From Vulcanimicrobiota bacterium (lineage in GTDB: Bacteria; Vulcanimicrobiota; Vulcanimicrobiia; Vulcanimicrobiales; Vulcanimicrobiaceae), in contig CAWAXX010000017.1 of the NCBI GenBank assembly GCA_963786105.1, positions 96,001 to 160,000 of the forward strand: a stretch of DNA of 64,000 nt. The letters are read 5' to 3'. Position numbers and translations under genes: made by a program. Positions 10,104 to 18,717 of this stretch are shown piece after piece. Below the pieces are notes generated by a model. The model did not search any database. It was not told the origin of the DNA and was given only the letters and a program-made list of their open reading frames with translations. Position 1 is the stretch's first letter. Each line of letters begins with the position of its first letter.

Positions 10104-10520
10104 ATGAATCGCAAAGAGTTGGCATGCGCTGCGGTCGGAGCCGTGTTGGGTGCAGCCGGATGTTCGCCCGCAATGAGATCGCTCGCCGTACCCGCCGTCA
10201 ACGCCGAGGAGCGTGCGCCGGCAATCGACGACCGGCTCGCCGTTGAAAACACTCCGCACGTAGAGGAGGCTGTGATCACGCTCATCTCCGGCACGACGAG
10301 GGACGTATCCAGCGCACTCTTTTATCTCTTGCCGAAGTCAGGCTGGAGCATTAGCAGCAGTGATCCTCGGCTTCAGGTTTCAATCGAGAGGGAGCACGTG
10401 GCGACGCTGATTGCTCCCGAAGACGAAAAAGTGATGTTCATCGCAAGGGCAACCATATCGCACACGAGTGGAATGCAGCTCGTGGTGCGCTGCCACGTCG
10501 AGGTAACCTGTGCTAACTGA
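10104..10520 (+). CDS. Hypothetical lipoprotein
   Basis: AAGGAG RBS; lipobox-like AAGC. Confidence 0.6.
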   Translation: MNRKELACAAVGAVLGAAGCSPAMRSLAVPAVNAEERAPAIDDRLAVENTPHVEEAVITLISGTTRDVSSALFYLLPKSGWSISSSDPRLQVSIEREHVATLIAPEDEKVMFIARATISHTSGMQLVVRCHVEVTCAN

Positions 10521-10695
10521 GCAAGGGGTTCGGACTCCTTAGCAATCCTCGCCCTGAGACGAAGGCGTGAGCGCCGAGGAACTTCGCTGGCGGAACCAGG
10601 ATCGTATCGTAAATTAGCGGTGGCTCGCGGATTGTAGAGCGTTCGCGGTCACAGCAAAGGGGGCTGGCAGCGGCAACGACCAAAATCCCGATCAC

Positions 10696-10824
10696 CGGAA
10701 GAGACTGCTGCTCATTTTGGATAACTGCGAGCATGTCTTGGAGCCGGTCGCAGCGATCGCCGACGCGATCACCCGCGGTTGTCCCGATGTGCGACTGCTG
10801 GCCACCTCTCGCCAGGCGCTCGAG
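10696..10824 (+). pseudogene. Fragment of a STAND/NB-ARC-type ATPase regulator
   Basis: Translates RKRLLLILDNCEHVLEPVAAIADAITRGCPDVRLLATSRQALE (Walker B LDNCEH and LATSR motifs); no start or remaining domains. Confidence 0.75.
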
Positions 10825-10994
10825 GACGCGATCGCGGCAGCGCAGGCGCGTCATGCGGCCGGTCAGAATTGACGCTCGGGGAAAGCCGCTCCCGGACCCG
10901 CACGGCAACCGTTTGGTAACCGCGAGCGGTTCGAGGGCGATCGTTTACGAGGTCAATGCGGCGCAAACCCACATAAAATAAGGCAAAGCCGAGC

Positions 10995-11069
10995 GCGCCC
11001 GTAGCTCAAACTGGATAGAGCAGGGGACTCCTAAGCCCAAGGTTGCCAGTTCGATTCTGGCCGGGCGCA
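10995..11069 (+). tRNA. tRNA-Arg (CCT), no encoded CCA, imperfect anticodon stem
   Basis: Acceptor GCGCCCG/CGGGCGC, D arm GCTC/GAGC, loop CT-CCT-AA, T arm GCCAG-TTCGATT-CTGGC. Confidence 0.88.
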
Positions 11070-11147
11070 GGCTATCTACAGGCTATCTAAAGGGAGGAGC
11101 CGTCAGATCTCTTACTAAGCCTAGCAGAGCAAGCAGTCAAATTGCGG

Positions 11148-11176
11148 TTGCGAACCGGTTCGCTCTGTGCTAGCAT
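11148..11176 (+). promoter_or_regulatory. Promoter of the rpmG operon
   Basis: TTGCGA-17 nt-(TG)c TAGCAT. Confidence 0.6.
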
Positions 11177-11227
11177 GGGAGGTCGAACGGACCAGCGGTC
11201 CGTTTTATTCATGTTTGTGATAGGCTG

Positions 11228-11392
11228 ATGGCGAAGAAAGAAACACGCGTGATGATCGTGATGGCGTGCACGGAGTGCAAGCGCCGGAACTATAATACGC
11301 AGAAGAACAAGCAGAAAACGACGGAACGGCTGGAGCGCAGCAAGTATTGTCGCTGGTGCCGCTGTCACCGGTCCCATCGCGAGACGAAGTAG
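11228..11392 (+). CDS. rpmG: 50S ribosomal protein L33, Zn-binding type (missing from ORF track, 54 aa)
   Basis: [54 protein letters not shown]; synteny with secE-nusG. Confidence 0.97.
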   Translation: MAKKETRVMIVMACTECKRRNYNTQKNKQKTTERLERSKYCRWCRCHRSHRETK

Positions 11393-11498
11393 CGGCTGCG
11401 GCCGCAGTCGAGTCTTTTCGGTTCTGGCGAGGCGACGAGGTGGCGAAGTGAACTAGGGTTCACGAGCCCCGAGCCAACGATGCCAGAGACGAAAAAGT

Positions 11499-11574
11499 AG
11501 GGCGGTGGCGCAATTGGTAGCGCAGCGGTCTCCAAAATCGCCGGCTGCAGGTTCGAGTCCTGTCCGCCCTGCCA
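11499..11574 (+). tRNA. tRNA-Trp (CCA)
   Basis: 76-nt cloverleaf AGGGCGG/CCGCCCT, anticodon CCA, 3' CCA; usual position before secE. Confidence 0.97.
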
Positions 11575-11596
11575 GTTTTTCGGGAGAGAACCTTTG

Positions 11597-11818
11597 GTGA
11601 ACGAGCAAAAGAAGACGGCTCAGCGATTAGTCGGACAAGATTTCGTCCGAGGCGTGATCGCCGAGCTTCGGCGCGTCACGTGGCCGACGCGCGAGGAGTG
11701 GATCTCCGCGACGATTCTGACAATCGGACTAGTCGTCGGTATCGGCTTGTTTACGTTCCTTCTCGACCAACTCTTCGGATGGCTCTTCAGCTTGATCCAT
11801 CCAATCACCAACGGGTAA
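11597..11818 (+). CDS. secE: Preprotein translocase subunit SecE
   Basis: ELRRVTWPTREE motif plus one TM helix. Confidence 0.95.
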   Translation: MNEQKKTAQRLVGQDFVRGVIAELRRVTWPTREEWISATILTIGLVVGIGLFTFLLDQLFGWLFSLIHPITNG

Positions 11819-12571
11819 ATGCAGGACACTATGTTTGAAACCGGCCGCGAGCCGTTGTTCGAGCAAGCCGACGAGCTTCGCGAAGAAACCGTCGTCGACG
11901 ATTCGCAAATGGGCGACGTCGCCGGCACCGTCGACCTGCAGCCCGAAGCCGAGGCGCCTGCCGACCTGCCCGACGAGCAGGCCGAAGACGAGCCCGTCGA
12001 AGACGCGGTGGAGCGCGCTCCCGCCGGCGCTCGCAAGGATAACCGAAACTGGTTCGTCGTGCATACGTATTCGGGCTACGAAAACAAAGTCAAAGCGAAC
12101 CTCGAACGCCGCATTCATTCGATGGGCATGCAGGACAAGATCTTCCGCGTCCTCGTCCCGATGGAAGACGAAGTCGAGTTCAAAGACGGCAAGCGCAAGA
12201 TCACGCCGAAAAAGGTGTTTCCGGGCTACGTGCTCGTCGAGATGATCATGGACGATCAGTCGTGGTACGTCGTGCGCAACACGCAGGGCGTGACCGGTTT
12301 CGTCGGTAGCCCAGGACCCGGCGAAAAGCCGGTGCCGCTGCAAGACAAAGAAGTCAAAACGATCCTCAAACAAATGGGCATCGAGGCGCCTAAGCTGAAG
12401 ATCGATTTCAAAAAGGGCGACCGCGTCAAAGTTACGTCCGGCCCGTTCTTCGACTTCACGGGCGTGGTCGACGAAATCGCACCGGAGAAAGAACGCTTGC
12501 GCGCCCTGATTTCGATCTTCGGCCGCGAAACGCCGGTCGAACTCGAGTTCTTCCAGGTGGAGAAGGTCTAA
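11819..12571 (+). CDS. nusG: Transcription termination/antitermination factor NusG with acidic N-terminal extension
   Basis: WFVVHTYSGYENKV, FPGYVLV, KOW GPF motif, IFGRETPVEL. Confidence 0.97.
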   Translation: MQDTMFETGREPLFEQADELREETVVDDSQMGDVAGTVDLQPEAEAPADLPDEQAEDEPVEDAVERAPAGARKDNRNWFVVHTYSGYENKVKANLERRIHSMGMQDKIFRVLVPMEDEVEFKDGKRKITPKKVFPGYVLVEMIMDDQSWYVVRNTQGVTGFVGSPGPGEKPVPLQDKEVKTILKQMGIEAPKLKIDFKKGDRVKVTSGPFFDFTGVVDEIAPEKERLRALISIFGRETPVELEFFQVEKV

Positions 12572-12657
12572 AGATTTCCTCGCGGGTTTGACCCCGGCTC
12601 GCGAGATAACCGAGGGGCAGAAGCATCGCTCGCGATGCATCGTTAAGGAGAGTATTC

Positions 12658-13083
12658 GTGGCCAAAAAAGTCGTAGGCAAAATCGGCCTACAAATTCCCG
12701 CCGGAAAGGCGACGCCGGCGCCGCCGATCGGCCCCGCGCTAGGACCCTACTCGCTCAACATCATGGATTTCTGCAAGCAGTATAATGAGCGGACTGCTTC
12801 GCAGGCGGGTATGATCATTCCGGTTGAAATCACGGTCTTCGAAGACCGGACGTTTACGTTCATCACCAAGACGCCGCCCGCGTCGTTCCTCATCAAGCAG
12901 GCGCTCAAGATCGAGTCGGGCAGCAAAGAGCCCAATCGCAATAAGGTTGGAAAACTCACGCAAGCGCAGCTCGAATCCATTGCCAAAGTAAAGATGCCGG
13001 ACATCAACGCCAACGACATCGAGGCTGCTAAGAACATTATCGCCGGTACTGCACGCTCGATGGGCGTGGAGGTGGAAGCGTAA
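12658..13083 (+). CDS. rplK: 50S ribosomal protein L11
   Basis: [22 protein letters not shown]. Confidence 0.99.
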   Translation: MAKKVVGKIGLQIPAGKATPAPPIGPALGPYSLNIMDFCKQYNERTASQAGMIIPVEITVFEDRTFTFITKTPPASFLIKQALKIESGSKEPNRNKVGKLTQAQLESIAKVKMPDINANDIEAAKNIIAGTARSMGVEVEA

Positions 13084-13784
13084 TGCCGCAGCATCATGGA
13101 AAGCGGTACAAGAAGCTGGCCGCGGAGTACGATCGCAAGCAGCTGTTCACACCGCCCGAGGCGGTCGCGCTGGTGAAGAAGAACGCGAATGCCAAGTTCG
13201 CTGAAACCGTCGAGGCGCACATTCGTCTCGGCGTCGATCCCAAGAAGAGCGATCAGAACGTGCGCGGCACCGTGCTGCTGCCGCATGGCACCGGTCGCAT
13301 CGTGCGCGTCATCGCGTTCGCGAAGGGCGACAATGCGAAAGCGGCGCAAGAGGCCGGCGCGGACAGCGTTGGCGATCAGGATTTGATCGACCGCGTGAAA
13401 GCCGGATTTGCCGACTTCGACGTCGCGGTCGCGACGCCCGATATGATGGCGCAGGTCGGTAAGGAACTAGGCCGCATTCTGGCGCAGAAGATGCCGAATC
13501 CCAAAGCCGGAACGGTCACGCCGAATATCGGCGGCGCCATTCGCGACATCAAGGCCGGTAAGGTCGAATTCCGCCTCGATAAGACGGGAATCATTCACAC
13601 GATCGTCGGCAAGGCCAACTTCGACGAGCAGCACTTGATCGAAAACGTTGCGACGTTGCTCGATGCGGTCGTGCGCGCCAAACCGGCCGCCGCGAAGGGC
13701 ACGTACCTGCGCAGCGTAACGCTTACGAGCACGATGGGTCCGGGCGTGAAAGTCGATCCGAACCGGATCAAAGCGACGGCGTAA
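13083..13784 (+). CDS. rplA: 50S ribosomal protein L1
   Basis: [27 protein letters not shown]. Confidence 0.99.
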   Translation: MPQHHGKRYKKLAAEYDRKQLFTPPEAVALVKKNANAKFAETVEAHIRLGVDPKKSDQNVRGTVLLPHGTGRIVRVIAFAKGDNAKAAQEAGADSVGDQDLIDRVKAGFADFDVAVATPDMMAQVGKELGRILAQKMPNPKAGTVTPNIGGAIRDIKAGKVEFRLDKTGIIHTIVGKANFDEQHLIENVATLLDAVVRAKPAAAKGTYLRSVTLTSTMGPGVKVDPNRIKATA

Positions 13785-13862
13785 GCGCGCTGATTCGGCC
13801 CGAATGGAATCGTAAACGGTACCGACGATCAGGATTTTGTTGGCTTTGACGGCCAATTGTGC

Positions 13863-13891
13863 TTGCGACGGTTCCGAAGCTGTGGTACTCT
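13863..13891 (+). promoter_or_regulatory. rplJ promoter
   Basis: TTGCGA-17 nt-(TG)g TACTCT just upstream of the L10 leader. Confidence 0.6.
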
Positions 13892-13899
13892 ACCCCAGG

Positions 13900-14055
13900 C
13901 TCCGAAGACCGTAGGCGGCCTCGTTTGGCCGTAATCGTCTCGACCTCCTTATCGCGATTCGCGACAAGGAAGGCGCGACGGCCTGCCGAGGACGCGATAC
14001 GCGAATCTTTCGACGTCTCTGCGCGCCCTCCGGACGGATGGAGCGCGTTTTTCGT
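13900..14055 (+). ncRNA. Ribosomal protein L10 leader (autoregulatory RNA)
   Basis: CCGAAGACCGTAGG...TAAT...GCCTGCCGAGG hallmark segments upstream of rplJ, followed by hairpin and U run; ends approximate. Confidence 0.8.
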
Positions 14056-14094
14056 TTTCCGACGCTGTAGGAAGCCAAAAAAAGGGAACGTCCT

Positions 14095-14625
14095 ATGCCA
14101 ACCGCCCGAAAAGAAACTGCGGTCAAAGAGCTGCGCGAACAGCTAGCCGCCGCGCAAAACTTATTCTTGACGGATTATCAAGGTTTAACCGTTGAAGAGA
14201 TTACGAAGCTTCGCGGCGAGCTTCGCAAAGACGGCAGCACGTACTCCGTGGTAAAGAACACGCTCTTTCGTATCGCTGCCGGCGACACCGCCGCGCAGCT
14301 GGAGGAGTTCCTTGCCGGTCCAACAGGCATCGTCTTTGCCGGCGCGGATCCGGTAGCACCGGCCAAAGCGCTCAAGACTTTTAGCGATGCCACCAAAAAG
14401 CTGTCCATCAAAGCGGCTTTCCTCGACGGTTACGTCGTTGGCGCCGCGCAAGTCAACGTGCTTGCCAAACTGCCTCCCAAAATCGAACTCATTGCTAGGC
14501 TGGTCGGCTCGCTCGCCAGCCCGCTGCGCGGTCTCGTGACCGTGCTTTCCGGAAATCAGAGCGGCCTCGTCCGCGTGCTTACTGCCATCCGCGAGCAAAA
14601 AGAAGCCGCGGCACCAAACGCTTAA
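14095..14625 (+). CDS. rplJ: 50S ribosomal protein L10
   Basis: DYQGLTV, VVKNTL, GPT, LAKLPP. Confidence 0.98.
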   Translation: MPTARKETAVKELREQLAAAQNLFLTDYQGLTVEEITKLRGELRKDGSTYSVVKNTLFRIAAGDTAAQLEEFLAGPTGIVFAGADPVAPAKALKTFSDATKKLSIKAAFLDGYVVGAAQVNVLAKLPPKIELIARLVGSLASPLRGLVTVLSGNQSGLVRVLTAIREQKEAAAPNA

Positions 14626-14641
14626 GGAGACTACACGTATC

Positions 14642-15010
14642 ATGGCACTTGCCGAACTCATCGAACAAATCGACAAACTCACCGTTCTCGAACTCGCGGA
14701 CCTCGTGAAGCAGCTCGAGGAAAAGTATGGCGTCTCGGCTGCGGCTCCCGCTGCGGTGATGGCCGCGCCGGCGGCGGCCGCCGCTCCGGCTGCCGAGCAA
14801 ACCGAATTCGACGTCATTCTCGCCGAAGCCGGACCCGAGAAGATCAAGGTGATCAAGGCCGTTCGCGAGCTCACCAGCCTCGGACTCACCGAAGCCAAAT
14901 CGTTCGTCGAGAGCGCCCCGAAGGCCGTGAAAGAGGGCGTCACCAAAGACGAAGCCGAGCAGGTCAAGAAGAAGCTCGAAGAAGCCGGCGCAAAGGTGGA
15001 GATCAAATAA
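14642..15010 (+). CDS. rplL: 50S ribosomal protein L7/L12
   Basis: Ala-rich hinge, [18 protein letters not shown]. Confidence 0.99.
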   Translation: MALAELIEQIDKLTVLELADLVKQLEEKYGVSAAAPAAVMAAPAAAAAPAAEQTEFDVILAEAGPEKIKVIKAVRELTSLGLTEAKSFVESAPKAVKEGVTKDEAEQVKKKLEEAGAKVEIK

Positions 15011-15030
15011 GGAATCCGCCGGCTACTGGA

Positions 15031-15063
15031 AAAACGGGAGTGAGATTCGCTCCCGTTTTTGTT
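15031..15063 (+). terminator. Intrinsic terminator after rplL
   Basis: AAAACGGGAG-TGAGATTCG-CTCCCGTTTTT. Confidence 0.85.
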
Positions 15064-15083
15064 AGGCGCGTGGAGTCTTGACG

Positions 15084-15626
15084 ATGCAACCGAGTTCGAA
15101 CGTGCCGTGGTGGGTGCAACTGCTGCCGCTGGTCGTGGTGGTGGTTGTGCTGGCGATTCGTTTCGTTCGTCCGCAGCGAATCAGCGTGACCCGCATGTTC
15201 ATCCAGCCGCTGATTTTGGTTGCGTTAACGGGCTGGACGATCTATGCAACGGAGGCGCTCAATCCGGCGCCGGGTTGGGAGATCGCCGTCGCCCTGGTCG
15301 TGGGAGGCATCGCAGGAATTCCGTTTGGAATTCTGCGCGGAATGCACACCGACGTTCGACCGACCGAGCGACCGGGCGTGATGTACCTTGGTTCGTCGTG
15401 GGTGACGATAGTAATTTTTGCGGTCGCATTCGGCCTGCGCGCGTTGGTGCGCCTGGTCATGCCGCATCGAGGCAGCCTTTCAAGCGCAATCGGCGACGCG
15501 CTGCTGGCGTTTGCGATTGTGTTTATCGCTGCCAGCTATATCGTAATCTATCGAAAGTACAAAATGGAGGCCGCGGGACGGCTTTCCGCTCCGCCGGCAC
15601 CGCCGGAAGACGTGAAATCAGGGTAA
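15084..15626 (+). CDS. CcdC/DUF1453-like membrane protein
   Basis: Multiple TM helices, RPQRIS..RMFIQP, G..RG motif. Confidence 0.6.
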   Translation: MQPSSNVPWWVQLLPLVVVVVVLAIRFVRPQRISVTRMFIQPLILVALTGWTIYATEALNPAPGWEIAVALVVGGIAGIPFGILRGMHTDVRPTERPGVMYLGSSWVTIVIFAVAFGLRALVRLVMPHRGSLSSAIGDALLAFAIVFIAASYIVIYRKYKMEAAGRLSAPPAPPEDVKSG

Positions 15627-15635
15627 GCATAAGGC

Positions 15636-16299
15636 ATGAGCGGACTAAGGGTCCTTGTTCAGTCAGGCAAAACGATTCGACCGCGTAGAGCGGTTGCGAG
15701 CAAGTTCGACTATCCGGCCACCGAGGCCGGCGTGAACGGAAAGGTGACCGTTTACTACGATTCGGCGTTGGGATCGGGTGGCCTTACAATCGCGAAGCGG
15801 CTGTGATTTCTCGAGCGGTGGCGTCATCTATCTCGATGCAACCTTTGACGCGACCGTCGTCGATCCGTTGAGCCTCCAAATCGCGCTATACGTCGCCGAA
15901 CTGAGCGAGTGTTTCATGGGTCTTCAGGGTTCGGGGTGGAACTGCGCGTTTAGCACCGGGGAAGGCTTGTCGCGCTTTTGCGCGGAGGCCGAGACGTCTC
16001 TGCAAACGCTATCGCCGTTTTATACCGGTCCCTCGTGGGCGCAAGCCAGCTTCCCGGATTGGGTCGGCAAGACCGAACAAACCGATGGAAATGCGATTTC
16101 GACCGGATGCGCCATCGTGTATTTATACTGGATGCGCAGCTTGGGATTCGCCGTCGCGGAAATCGTCAAAGCTGCCGGCGCGACGCTCAGCGACAACTAT
16201 AAAACGTTGACTGGGAAGACCACCGCCTACCAGGATTTGCGTAACGCGCTTACCGGCGTGAACGTTACGACCGACAATCCGTTTCCGACCGCTAGTTAA
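15636..16299 (+). pseudogene. Hypothetical protein split in two frames
   Basis: ATG 15636 frame (MSGLRV...LTIAKRL) stops at 15804-15806; coding continues as GCDFSSGGVIYLDATF... in another frame. Confidence 0.55.
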
Positions 16300-17258
16300 C
16301 CCGGCGGTTGCGGGTAGCCTGGCTGCGGCGGATAGCCTTGCTGCGGCGGATAGCCTTGCTGCGGCGGATAGCCTTGCTGCGGCGGATAGCCTTGCTGCGG
16401 CGGATAGCCTTGCTGCGGCGGATAGCCTCGCTGCGGCGGATAGCCTTGCTGCGGCGGATAGTTTTGCTGCGGCGAGGGCGTGGCCAGCGGCGTTCCTTGC
16501 GATTCGTCCGCACTGAAACGGCCGAATGTCGCAGGGTCGCTGTGAAAGAGATTCTCCAGGTCGGAAACGCGATGGTCGTCACGCGGGTGATCCGACAGCA
16601 TTTCGAGCGAGCCGTGTTGCTTCGATTGGAAATGTTCGAACAGCCAAACTAATCCGTACGGATTGTAACCGGCTTGAGCGCAGGTATACGCGCCGGTACG
16701 GTCGGCGTTCGACTCGACCGTGCGCGAAAACGTCATTGCTTGCGCGCCGGCTCCGAGACCCACCGCCATCTGTCCGAGAATGTTATTCCCCACTAACATG
16801 CCGAGCACGCTCGCCGCGGTTTGCAGGCCCTGATCCTTGTGGGCATTGTTGTAGACGTCGTGATGGATATCGTGCGAAACCTCGTGACAAAGCACGCCGG
16901 CGAGTTCGTCCTGGTTCTTGGCAAACGTCATCATGGCGGTCGTCACGTAGACGTTTCCGCCCGGAACTGCAAACGCGTTCGGCGACTGCTCGTTGACCAA
17001 GATGAAGTGAAAAGGCGCGAAGTACTGCGGACCCGCTACGTCGGCGATTCGGGTTGCGATCGGGTTGAGCACGCTGTAGTACGGTGACGACTGCACGATT
17101 TCGCCGCGCTGGGCCAGTTGCATGAACTGCTGGCTTCCGGCTTGCATCTCCCACTGTTCCTGCTGCGGATCGCCGGCCGCCACCGCGCCGGTGCCGGACG
17201 TCACGAATACCGCCATCGACAAAGCGGCAAGAGCCCGCCCGGCAAGAGTGGTCGTCAT
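16296..17258 (-). CDS. M48-family metalloprotease with C-terminal PPQQGY repeats
   Basis: NAFAVPGG, HEVSH (HExxH), ESNAD, LSDHP; signal peptide. Confidence 0.92.
   Translation of the reverse strand: MTTTLAGRALAALSMAVFVTSGTGAVAAGDPQQEQWEMQAGSQQFMQLAQRGEIVQSSPYYSVLNPIATRIADVAGPQYFAPFHFILVNEQSPNAFAVPGGNVYVTTAMMTFAKNQDELAGVLCHEVSHDIHHDVYNNAHKDQGLQTAASVLGMLVGNNILGQMAVGLGAGAQAMTFSRTVESNADRTGAYTCAQAGYNPYGLVWLFEHFQSKQHGSLEMLSDHPRDDHRVSDLENLFHSDPATFGRFSADESQGTPLATPSPQQNYPPQQGYPPQRGYPPQQGYPPQQGYPPQQGYPPQQGYPPQQGYPPQPGYPQPPG
16303..16473 (-). repeat. 18-bp coding tandem repeat, about 9 units
   Basis: TTGCTGCGGCGGATAGCC units on the + strand. Confidence 0.95.
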
Positions 17259-17343
17259 GCGCCCATTGTAAGCCAAGCCGCGCGCGTCACGGCGGCGTAC
17301 CCGTCCGGAAAAGGCTAAAAATCGATGAGAAAGGCCCGCGAGG

Positions 17344-17718
17344 CTACACCACGGCTTTGCGTTTGTGCAGGACGACGCTGTTGCCTTCGGTGTCCGCGAT
17401 CATGGCCATGAAGCAGACGCCGGTTTCGTGCTCCATCAGCACCGGAATATTGCGCGCCTTTACCGCGGAAACGGCCGCCTCGAGATCGTCGACCGCGAAC
17501 AGAATGCCGTTGCTGGGCTGAAAGGGGATCATGTCGCCTCCGCCCCACAGCCCGAAGGCGGTTCCGTCGGCGAATTCGTATTCGGCGCCTTGATTGTTGG
17601 GATAGACCATGGTCGGTTCGAGCCCAAGCACGTCGCGGTAGAACGCGATCGCGCGCGCCGCATCTTTTACCATGTACGCGCTGAGGTCCATGCCGGTGAC
17701 CTTGAATGACTGTTGCAT
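17344..17718 (-). CDS. VOC/glyoxalase-family protein
   Basis: AIAFYRDVLGL, FAVDDLEA, DTEGN. Confidence 0.9.
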   Translation of the reverse strand: MQQSFKVTGMDLSAYMVKDAARAIAFYRDVLGLEPTMVYPNNQGAEYEFADGTAFGLWGGGDMIPFQPSNGILFAVDDLEAAVSAVKARNIPVLMEHETGVCFMAMIADTEGNSVVLHKRKAVV

Positions 17719-17806
17719 AGCGGCCACCATTCACGCTTGGAGGGAGCGCTCCTCGTCCGCTCGGAGCGCATGAATTGCCGAACGGTCGGCCGAACCCGCT
17801 CGGCCG

Positions 17807-18688
17807 ATGGCGATCGCGCGGACGCTGTTGTGGATTGCGGCGCTTGCCGGCTGTGCGTTCGGCGGTACGCCCGTACGCGCGTTGGCCCAAGCACCCGCAC
17901 CATCGCCATCTCCGAGCGCGTCGCCGGCAGATCCGTGCGGCGGCCACGGGCGCCTGCTCGCAACGGCCAACCGTCCGACCGTCGGCTACAGTACGTGTGC
18001 CGTCCAAGCGCAGACCGCCGTGTTCGAGTTGGGGTATCAGAATCAAGTTACCGGCACTGCCGCGGCGGGTTCGGTCCAGAGTCAAGTCCCGCAAAACTTT
18101 CTACGACTGGGTATCGTTCCGCACGTCGAGTTCGACGTCATCGGACCGAACTACGTGGGCACGCGCAGCTACGCGGACGGGACGCCCGGCGCGGTTACCC
18201 ACGGCGTCACCGATTCCGGCCTCGGCCTCAAGTTCCAGCTTCCGACGTACGGACGGCTCACGATTGCCTTCGACGCACTCGACACGCCGCCGAACGGCTC
18301 GCCCTTCCTCACCGCGGGCAACGCGACGTTAACGGGAAATTTCGACGCGAGTTATGCGCTCAGCCCGGCGACCAGCATCGGGACGACGATCGCCGTCGCC
18401 GCAACCGGGGGATACACTCCGGAAAACGTGCACCAGCGATACGGCGTAACGACGCCGTCGCTCGTGTTGACCACGCAAATTCCTAAGTTCTATCAATTCT
18501 ACGCCGAATACGTGTACGTTTCGAAGATCGCAGCGAACCTGGGCGGTCGCGCCTTCATCGATGCGGGCATCCAAAAGCTCCTCGGAACGCGAACCGAAGT
18601 GGACGTCGAGTACGGCCACTCGCTCATCGGCGACCCAGGCTTAACGTTCAGCTACGTCGGCGCGGGTCTGGTCATTCAGCTGCGATAA
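17807..18688 (+). CDS. Putative outer-membrane beta-barrel (MetA-pathway/transporter-like)
   Basis: Signal peptide, NRPT motif, alternating beta strands. Confidence 0.6.
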   Translation: MAIARTLLWIAALAGCAFGGTPVRALAQAPAPSPSPSASPADPCGGHGRLLATANRPTVGYSTCAVQAQTAVFELGYQNQVTGTAAAGSVQSQVPQNFLRLGIVPHVEFDVIGPNYVGTRSYADGTPGAVTHGVTDSGLGLKFQLPTYGRLTIAFDALDTPPNGSPFLTAGNATLTGNFDASYALSPATSIGTTIAVAATGGYTPENVHQRYGVTTPSLVLTTQIPKFYQFYAEYVYVSKIAANLGGRAFIDAGIQKLLGTRTEVDVEYGHSLIGDPGLTFSYVGAGLVIQLR

Positions 18689-18717
18689 TAGCGCCCCTCA
18701 GACCGCACGCGGGCGAA

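Noticed and set aside
11729..15006. Long antisense ORFs over nusG and ribosomal protein genes
   Set aside because: Shadow frames caused by high-GC codon bias opposite conserved genes
16303..16473. Short tandem repeats as CRISPR, and the antisense RRIALL ORF
   Set aside because: No spacers; repeats encode the protease tail and the other frames are shadows
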